A stretch of DNA of 64,000 bases from positions 248,001 to 312,000 of the forward strand of contig NIVC01000135.1 of assembly GCA_002269645.1 (NCBI GenBank), read 5' to 3'. Numbering within the stretch: position 1 is the first letter of the stretch; every line of letters starts with the position of its first letter. The translations under genes and the position numbers were made by a program. The notes under the pieces were generated by a model. It ran no database searches. It was not told the origin of the DNA and saw nothing but the letters and a program-made list of their open reading frames with translations. Positions 48,060 through 57,382 of this stretch are shown here, piece by piece. Source of the DNA: Macrostomum lignano. Its lineage: Eukaryota.

Positions 48060-48890
48060 ATTAAACTGAGATGCCAAGGCTGAGAGGGAATTGCTGAAAT
48101 ATCAAGACGTGAGGGGAATTGCTGAGATGTCAAGACTTACTGGGGGAATTACTGAGATATAAGGGCTTACTGAGATAATTACTGAGATGCCAAGGCTTAA
48201 GAGTGAATTGCTGAGATGTCAAGGCTTGGAGGGAATTTCTGAGGTGTCAAGGCTTGGTGGGAATTGCTGAGATGTTAAGTCTTGGGGGGGAATTCTATGG
48301 ATTGGGGAATCTTTGAACGAGAGATGCTTCTAATGGATATCTCGAGGAGATGAGGGGATTCTTTGGCCAAGAATTCTATTAATGGGCGGATTATTTGGAT
48401 GGGAGATTCTTTGGATTCCTTGAATGGGGGATTCTGTTGATTGGGATTATTTGGACGTGAATTTTTTGAACGGGTTTTTTAGATGAAGGTATTCTTTGGC
48501 CAGTTATTCTTTTGATGGGAGAATCAATGGATAATGTGGATGGAGATTCTGTGGATGGGGATTATTTGGACGTGGATTATTTGCATGGGGATTCTTTGGA
48601 GGGAGATTCTTTAGTTAGGAATGGATGGGGGATTCTTTGGATATGGATGGGTGGAGGATTCTTTCGATGGGAATTCTGTGAATGAGAGATTCTTTAAATA
48701 AAGATTCTTTTGAATGGGATTCTTTGCATGTGAGATGTTATGAATGGGCAATGCATTGGATGGGAAATTCTTCAGATAGGAGAAGTCCTTGAATGGGAAA
48801 TTCTTTGGATCCGGGATTCTATTGATAGGGGTTCTTTGGATGGGGGATTTTTCTATATGGATGGAGGTCGGGGATTTTTTGGATAGGGAT
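48060..48890. repeat. Degenerate satellite (GCTGAGATGTCAAGGCTT / GGATTCTTTGGATGG); continues at 58597-59790 in the same orientation
   Basis: The same motif families occur on both sides of the TIR element, so the array was split by its insertion. Confidence 0.8.
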
Positions 48891-50503
48891 ACTACTAAGG
48901 GCCGGCAGATCCGCCCTTTTTGGAGGTGGGGTGGGTGTCAACCCTCCTCGCCTCTCATTGGCGGGCGCGCGCGCCGCAGGCGCGTGGCGCCAAGCGCCAA
49001 TTAGGCGCCCATGCCGCAGGCGCACCCTCCCGATATGTGCACCCTCCCGAGCCGCAGGCGCACCTACCGACATGTACCGACATGCCCACCCTCCCGATAT
49101 GTACCCCGATATGTATGCCCACCCTCCCGATATGTATGCCGCAGGCGCACCCTCCCTCCAGAGCAGCAGGCGCCCATGCCGCAGGCGCCCCATGCTGCAA
49201 GCACCCCGAGTGTACACTCTCCCAAGCCGCAGGCACCCGAGTGTACACTCTCCCATGCCGCAGGAACCCCGAGTGTACACTCTCCCACTCTCCCCAGTAC
49301 ACTCTCCCGATATGTATGCATACACAGATATCTAGTCAGCGATATTAGGCTAGTGAAAACTACTTATAGTAGATGAAATTGCGTATATTTACATAAAAAG
49401 TAGATAAAACATATTGGTAGGTGTGAATAATGACACATAATGCATATTAAAATGTACATATTGGAGCATATGAGCAGCAAAATGCACACAATGTAGGCGC
49501 ATATTTGACAGAAATAGACAAAGCAGGTACTGTAGGCGCTACATAGGTGGAAATACACACAGTATAATGCAGGTGCGTACACACTGTAGGTGCAAATTGA
49601 GTATAATACACTAAAATTATAATACATAGCATATAATGTAGGCGCATTTTAAACAATACATTTTTGCATAATAACCCGCAGGTACAAATTTCAGTGCATA
49701 GGCTAAAATACACACTCTGCAAATTGAGTATAATGCAGGAAAATTGTGACATATACAACATATGTATGCAAATTAAGCATATAATGTAGGTGTAAAGTAA
49801 AATACAAGCCACCGGCCCCTAGTAAACAGACACGCCCCCAGAGCCAGGGCCGGGGGATCCCAAGTACAGTGCGGTCAGAGAGGAGTAACATAGAGAAATT
49901 CCTCCCCAAGCCCTAAATAAGGTTTTTTCAAGGGGATCCCAAGTACAGTGCATGCAGAGACTGCACACAAGCAGAGAACATTGACTATTTTCCTCTTGAA
50001 GTTTCATGCAAGGGACCCCTAGTACAGTGCATGCAGAGAGCTATTTTCCTCCCCAATGGGGGTTATCAAGGACCCCTCACCAAGTACGGTGCGGGCAGAG
50101 TAACCGCATACAAATAGGGGTTTTAGCGGATCCCAAGTACAGTGCGCTCCCGGGTGTCAAATGATGCCCCAATGTACAGTGGAGGTAGAGTAACAGACCG
50201 CATACAAAGAGAATTCCAGTCAAACTTTACAGCAGCTCCCACCCCAAATGAGGGTTTTAGTGGATCCCCAGGGGGTAGCTCTCCAAGTTGAGGGATCCCC
50301 CAGTGTGTTGCGAGGCCCAAGTACAGTGCAGGCAGAGAGTAATAGAGACCGCCCCATGTACTGTGCGCTCCCGGGTGTCAAATGATGAAGGACCCCTAAC
50401 TACAGTGCGGGCGTAAAACCATTTTCATCCCCACGAGTCAAGGGATCCCAAGTGGGCACATAGGGGAATCCCAGGCGTAAAAAGACAGATCCTTATCTTT
50501 CAC

Positions 50504-53500
50504 TCACTCCCGAAAGCCATACGGGCGGCTAGCGGCCCCATACACCCTCTTAGTCATTACGCGCTGGAAAGTCTTGTCCATCTCCAGGGTCCGGATTGTA
50601 CAGCTAGCCTTATCGCGCCTGAACTGGGCCTGGGGCAGGCGTACAGTCCCGCCGTGACGCAGAATTTCCTGCAGCTCGTCCTCGCGCTCGGAAATCTCGG
50701 GGGTGACTCTGATGCCCTTGCACTTGAGTACCGAGTACAGCGACCTGTCGGGCTTCTCCACCACGTACCGGTAGAGCTTGGGGCCTCCCGTGGTGAACTG
50801 TACCATGCGGCAGCCAGCAGGTACCTCGTCAGTCCACTGCCCCAAACTCGAACCGCCCGGAGGCTCGTACTCGCCCGGGGAGCAGCGGTATACGACCCTG
50901 GGAGGAGGAGAAGGATAAAAAGTGTTAAGGGGAGAAAGAGAGACAGAGACAGTGAAAAAATTACTTACGAATCGGTATCGGCGTAAATGACGCGGGTTCC
51001 TAGACCCTCCAGAGCCTCGTAGAGTCGCAGCCGGGCGTGGGAGGTGGTGAAAACGCCAATAGGTACATTAGCGTACTTGAACGCCCGCTCGCCAGCGCCG
51101 CCAAATCGGGGCTTGTACTCGAGCATCATGAAGCTCTCCCCAATTGGCTCGCACGACTTGACCTTGATCGAGGGGTCTGTCAGGCGCTGCAGCCACGCCT
51201 CGTAGCTGTCCACAATCTCTGTGGAGGTCAGGTCGTCGCGCTGGCAGAATTTGCCCCAGAGCCTGCAGGGGAAAAATAAATTTTATGTAAGTAGAAAAAC
51301 ACGGTCCCCACTGCAAGTAGAAAAAACTTACGAGTTTAGAAAAATCTTGGCCACAAAGCGCAGGCCGGGATTTTCATCCACCTTTTCCAGCCGGACGCCT
51401 TCGCGCTCGAAAAAGCTGGCCATGTAGGCAGCCTTGGCGTCCTCAGCCATCCCCGGCGAACCGCTAGACTCTGCTTTGAGCTTCAAAAAAGTGTTTACAT
51501 AATCTGCAAACAGGCCCGTGCGAGTCTCGGTCCAATAGGCCAGGGCATGAACTGACTGCAGCTTGTAACCCAACTGCAGGGCTTTGTGGAGCTCTGGGGT
51601 CGACCACGTGCCGCGGAGCATTCTCTCAGCGTCGGTGTGTGTACACTCGCTGCTGCACTGGGTCTCCATGCAGACGCGGCAGAGGCCGAAAACCAGCTTC
51701 TTGCTAATCTTGGCTGGCAGTAGCGGAATGTGGAGATTGGTTGGCGGCAGAATTGACACCTCGGCGATGCCAAAATACCGGGCCAGCTGCTGCTCATCCA
51801 GTAGATGAGGCTCGGGGTGGTGAACCGGGTGCCCGACAGGGTACTTGTCAAACTTGTTGACAGTCGGGTAGAGCGACACCTAGGGGATAAGAGGATAAGA
51901 TAAACTCAAACCCATGTCAACTGTGTGTGTGTACAAGTGTACAAACTTACCACATCCCGATAGCGCAGCTCTACAGTCTCGGTGGCCTCGGCGTGCGGGA
52001 CAAAAGCCTCGGTACGGCCGCCAAACAGGGCATCCTCCAGGCGAATAGGCTGCTGGACTGGCGCTCCCTCGTCCTGATAGTCGTGCTCCCACAGAACACG
52101 CACATTGTATGCAGTGGAGAGCAGCCGGGTGAAGCGCTCAGTCTCCTCATAAATCGCCCGCATTGGCTGGTTCTTGAGCGGGTGCAGCACGTCGCCGTTG
52201 GGGAAGCACTTGGGACAGCCATGGAAGAAGCAGCCATGAAACTGCAGCACTGTCCTGGTCTCTGGGCCGAAGCCGTCGACCTTACGGCCCATGGCGAAAG
52301 CCTCGCCGCCCGAGTCCGCTGTCCGCAACCGGCCGCCAAACTCGGTTGCATTTAAATGTGCCAGCCAGCACCGCGCCTTGTGCGACTGTACATCCGATCG
52401 GCGGGAAATCACCCCAAGAGTGTTGGGCTCCATAAACTTGGTGGTGAATACCGACATGGCCAAGCCCGCAATGGTGTTGGATTGAACAAATGCGTCCAGT
52501 CCGCAAATGTCCTTAATCAGGCGGGCATATTTCAGGCAGCCTTCCCGCAAAATTAGCGTGTCCTGCAGGCAATAGTCCAGATACTCCTTATTAAAATTAA
52601 ACACTTTGCCCTCCTGCTTGGCCAGCCAGTCGGCGATGGAGTCATGCTGCTTGTTTTTCTTTCCTCCGTACATATCAATTGAGCAGTAGGGACCGACGTA
52701 CCCCCAGTTTTCCGGCTGGTTAAACACGTGCGGGAAATCTCCTTTGGTCAGTTGGGTGCCCAAACCAAGCGCCTTTGGGAATTGCGCCAGACCAATAGGG
52801 ATGAAATTGAGGCTGTCCTTGAAGGTGATCTTGTCGCACTTCATGTACATTAGGCGGCTGTTCTGGAAGATCACCTGCGGCTTCTTCTTGGCCAGTCCGT
52901 TGAGTAGGGCGCCGAGCAGGAGGAATGCGTCATACGCAGAGCCATTGTGCGCAATAGCAATTGCCCCCTGCTTGAACACACTAGTCAGCCAGCAGTAAAA
53001 GGCATCGATAGAGTGTGGCCCGACAGATACAAACTCTCGCATCCCACAGGCGCAGTCATTGTGCGAGACACAGCTCGTGAAATCGAGTGCCAAATCGCGT
53101 CCCGCAATGCAATTGGCTGAGCTGTGTAGTCCCCCGCACGCGCTGCAGCGGGGCCTGGGGAAGAGTTTGGGACACGCCTCGCAGGAGGTGGCAGCCGTAA
53201 CCAAGTGTACCCGGTGCTGCTTGCCAGAGTCCACGTACGTCTCGAAATCATAGTAAACATACGGGGCGCTAGACTCTTTGGCTTTGGGCGGGGTGACAAA
53301 GCACTCGTGGGTGGCAGTTTCGTCGTACTGCTTGCAGACTGGACACTTGGCGTAACCGCACTGATGCTCAGGGGGCTGGCCTACTTTTAGTTCTTCTAGA
53401 TAGCCACACGTGCCGCAAACGTGGACCGAATCACAGCGAGATCTGCCCGCCTTATTCTTGCGCTTGTGATTTTCTAGGCACTGAGCATTATAGCAATTTA

Positions 53501-55472
53501 GCCCGCAATCATGGCATCTTACATATGCGCGGTTTGCCTTACAGTTGGAGCCCGGAGTCTTGCATGTACTGCAGGCATCAGCGCACTTGTGCTTCTCATA
53601 ATTGCAATCATAGGCCATCTCGCACTTGGGGCAGTAGTGATCGGAGCCGAAAAACGCAGGCAGCTTGGTAACCACATTAAAGTGCTGCTCGACCAGGTGC
53701 AGGTGCAGAATCTCGGTGCCAGGCAGGTTGAAGATGCACCTGTTGGCCTCCTCTGCGCGGTACACGCGTACACCAAAATCGTGCCCGGGACGCAGCCGGT
53801 TCAGGGCTCGGATCGCTTCGGGCAGTGCATCCACCCCGAAAGGACCGGCCTGCGAGACGGTTTGAAGAGTCTGTGTAGGGGGTAAAATATTTCTTTTAGT
53901 ATTCCCTGATACTGTGTAAAATTCTTTTAGTATTCCATGATACTGCGTAAAAATTCTTATCAGAAAATATATCTTTTAGTATTCCACGATACTGTGTAAA
54001 AATTATTATCAGAAAATTTTAGTATTCCTTATCGTAAAAATTCTTATCGGAAAAATACTAGAAACTTACCGAGTAGAGACCCGCTTCGATTTGTAGCTCA
54101 GTCGCAAGCTTAGTCTGGGCGGGCGAATTGGCCTTGATTGTACGCCACACCTGCATGGTGATGGACTTGGCCACGAATTGCAGGTAGGCGCAGGCCACGA
54201 CCAGAGCGCGCAGCAGGCATCTCTTGTCCGAGTTGGTGATGCGGACATAGTGCTTTGAAAAAGCGTGCCTCTCTTCTAGATGCTTGTTCTCGAGAGCACA
54301 TCCACCTCGAGGCACCCAGGCCTTTAGCAGACGGACAGAAAAGTTGCCTGACAATACAGTGGCATCCGACTGCACAATCTTGTCAATGTGCTTAAACAAC
54401 AATTCAGCCGTCATGCGGGCTGCACGCACCGGGGGAGTATGGGCCGCTTTGAGCATATTGTCGCTCTCGAATTTCGCGGCCATAAAGTCATCACCAGCCA
54501 AATCTTGCTTGAAAACTTCGAGCATGTCGGCAAACACCTCCCGCAAATCTTCGGTGTTGGTAATACGCACCACATACTCGACACCCTTTGCCCTAAACTT
54601 GGGCAGGTCACGCTGATTATCCAGCCGGGCCGTAAAACCTGCATGGGTGGAATGGGGGAGTGTGAGTCAGCCCGGTTCTGTGTGGGAAATGGGGGGTGGG
54701 ATAACTCACCCGGTCCGGTAACAGATTCCGGCTGTGTTGGCGGGACAAACGCGTCTGAAAAAACACAAGGAGATAAAAAACCAGAAGAATCTGTCATTTT
54801 CCTGGCCCCAGCGTGTTTCCCCGCCCTAGCCCAGCAATTTCTTAACAGAGTTTACTCTGCTGTCCCCGCAGCAACTCTCTGCAATTTCTTATCTGCACCC
54901 CCGCTGCAGCCTGTCGCAGCAGTCTTTGTTTACTCACCCCTGCAACTCTCTGTCGCAGCAATTTGCACCTAGCTGCAGCCTGTCTGGGTAGCGCCCTATC
55001 TGCAGCCCCAGTCTGTCCCAGCAACTCTCTGCCCCCACCTGGCTGAACTTGTCTAGCCTGCCCCAACGATTCTGCAGCAATTTCTTATCTGACGCAGCAC
55101 CCTAGCAACTGTCTGTTTTTGCAGCAATTTCTTATCAGCACACCCCTCCTTGTCTAGACAACACCCCCCTAGCAGCAATTTCTTATCAGCACACACCCGG
55201 CTGAAACTTGTCTAGCCCTCCCCTGCAACTCTCTGTTACAGACCCTGCCGCAGCACCCCACCCTAGCAACTCCAGTCTAGACCCCTGCAGCTGTCGCAGC
55301 AGTCTTTGTTGTTTACTCTGCGGTCCCACAGACCCTGCAGCTGCTGCTGCTGCTCAGCCCCTACCCCCACCCTAGCAACTACAGTCTAGACAGAAATTAA
55401 TTAAAACTTACCATAAAGACGTTGCCTCTTGTCAGCCAGGAAAGCAGTTGCGGTGGCGCTGCGTTTAGCCAT
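50504..55472 (-). CDS. polB: Protein-primed family B DNA polymerase, 7 exons, about 1276 aa; exons 55472-55412, 54754-54710, 54638-54070, 53870-51951, 51879-51332, 51262-50969, 50897-50504
   Basis: Exo I YDFETY, Exo II AHNGSAYD, Exo III YCLQD; Vsr-like insert QFHGCFFHGCPKC; Pol motifs DV|VSLYP, KIFLNS|LWGKF, YADTDS|V, KCKG. All donors are GTAAGT/GTGAGT. Exon lengths sum to 3831 nt, and I saw no internal stop. Exons 1-2 are the least certain. Confidence 0.9.
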
Positions 55473-55717
55473 TTTGCAAACAGAGAGTGTGAGAGAGCGA
55501 GCGGAGAGAAGGATTATCTCTCTACCCTGGCTCTGGGGGTCTGTATATATACTAAAAAATCTGCTCAGCTCGCCTGTTATTGGATAAATCGCCAAAAACC
55601 AACCAAAATCATCAAAAATCACCCCCAAAATCACCACCCACCCCACCTCCATCCGGGGTATATAAGGCGCTGCACGGCTGTCAGAGAGCTCTCTGCTGCT
55701 GCCGCTGCTGCTAAATC
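55473..55717. promoter_or_regulatory. Putative bidirectional promoter between polB and the PC4-like gene
   Basis: 245 bp separate the divergent ATGs; TATATATA near 55545 and TATATAAG near 55659. Confidence 0.5.
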
Positions 55718-56251
55718 ATGTCTTCTATCTCTCTATACGAAAACTTTGTGGCGCGGAAGCCCACATTTGAAACTGAACACAACTTGATTGAAATTCGGCG
55801 TCTCTACACCAACGAGGCTGGAGTGTGGAAGGACGGCTTCCCTGCAATCTACTTGAGCGAGCCAGAGTGGAAGAAGCTCGAAGCTGCGCGCCCTGACCTG
55901 GAGGCTGCTGCCCGCCTTCACGTGAACAAGCGGGTCCTGTTGGGCAATTTCAAGGCAGTTGAAGCTTCGCGAGGGAGGATCCGTTTGCTGCGCAATTGGC
56001 TCAATCGGGACCCAAAGTTTAATTGGCGCTACACGATCGAATTCACGCCTGAACTGTGGCGCAGGCTGTTTGCCGCCCGTTTGGACAAGCTCTTCAAGCC
56101 GGCACCTGAGGCACCCCCTCCAGCCAAGCGAGTCAAGACAGACACGCCTCCGGTAGCCGGGACTGAGGTGGATGTTCTTCAGCTCATGGGTCTCAAACCC
56201 TACCAATCTCCGCCCTGGGAAAATCTGTTTAACGAGGGTTGGGACTGCTAG
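55718..56251 (+). CDS. 177-aa protein with PC4/Sub1-like ssDNA-binding motif(s)
   Basis: IEIRRLY..GVWKDGFPAIYLSEPEWKKL resembles the PC4 consensus DIREYY..G..P.KKGISL..EQW..L; a second similar block reads RLLRNW..YTIEFTPELWRRL. Confidence 0.6.
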   Translation: MSSISLYENFVARKPTFETEHNLIEIRRLYTNEAGVWKDGFPAIYLSEPEWKKLEAARPDLEAAARLHVNKRVLLGNFKAVEASRGRIRLLRNWLNRDPKFNWRYTIEFTPELWRRLFAARLDKLFKPAPEAPPPAKRVKTDTPPVAGTEVDVLQLMGLKPYQSPPWENLFNEGWDC

Positions 56252-56367
56252 TTTCCTATTGGTTCGCACCGCCTCACTCGATCCGTCTATATAATTAGTG
56301 TTTCCCCCCTCTCCAGAGAGTCAAACCCTATCTCAGCTCTAATACTTTACTCTCTGTTGATTCTAGC

Positions 56368-57382
56368 ATGTCCCGCCGAGCTCTATCCAACCTCTGGGAT
56401 AATAATCGCCCGACTGAAGAGTTAACCAGCCTCGACGGGGATATCCCTGAACACATAGTTCCCCTAGGCACTGAAAACAACGGAAGTGATAATTGGGAGG
56501 CTGATCAATATCTAGCTTGGGCTATGTCCTATGATAGCGACACCGAGTCTGAAGTTTTTGACCTCCCGCTGCTGGCTATCGGCGGGGTTGTGAACGGTGC
56601 CCCTGCTGCTACTGCCTCCGATTTGACTACCGCCTCAGCCGCCCTCTTTGACGTCTCTGTTGAGGAGCTGACCACAACCGGCCCTGCCTCTGCTGCGCCC
56701 GTCTCTGCTGCTGCCGCCTCTACTACGCCCGTCTCTGCTGCTGCTTCAACTACCTCCCACCGGGCCTCAATATCATCAGCCGCTACGCTCCTTCTCTTCG
56801 ACGACGAGGACGAGGATATGTCTGAGGAGATCGCCGTGGTTCGTGAGCGCTTTCCTCGCATTGTGGCCTCATTTTTCCGCGGGGACATTGACTGGCTGAG
56901 GTCTCGGCATCCTGGCGGGCTGCCCTCCCAAGCTACCTTTGTCAGAGCCTTTAATCGGGTTCTTGATACTTTGGTTGCGAGGGGTGCCGGCCTACGGGAG
57001 GTGTTGGAGGCTGAGACTCTGCACCAGGACTGGTTGATGGGGCGCAATTCGTATGCCCCCGACTCTGAGGCGTACCTGGCCGGTCCGGGAGCGCGGCCAA
57101 CTGCGTGGGATGAGCCCGTCGCATGGCCCTCCAACTGGGAGGAGCACCTTTCGTTGGTGCGCTATACAGCGTCTCTACGTCTGTGGCGGCTGGAGGACGA
57201 TTTAGATTTGGTAAGATATTACATTATATACACAACTCATCTAATCATATACCTTGCATATATTCTATCTACATTGACTGTTATAATTTCCACATTGCCA
57301 GTCATCCGACTACTGCTTCGAGAGCGTGGAGGAAGAGGCCGCGTACGAGACAGCCCTGAGGGAGCGTATGGAGATTGACTGA
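56368..57382 (+). CDS. Orphan acidic protein of the TIR element, probably spliced (56368-57210, 57302-57382; about 307 aa)
   Basis: Long ORF. The AT-rich 91-bp GTAAGA..CCAG segment behaves as a phase-0 intron, giving the tail SSDYCFESVEEEAAYETALRERMEID*. Confidence 0.65.
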
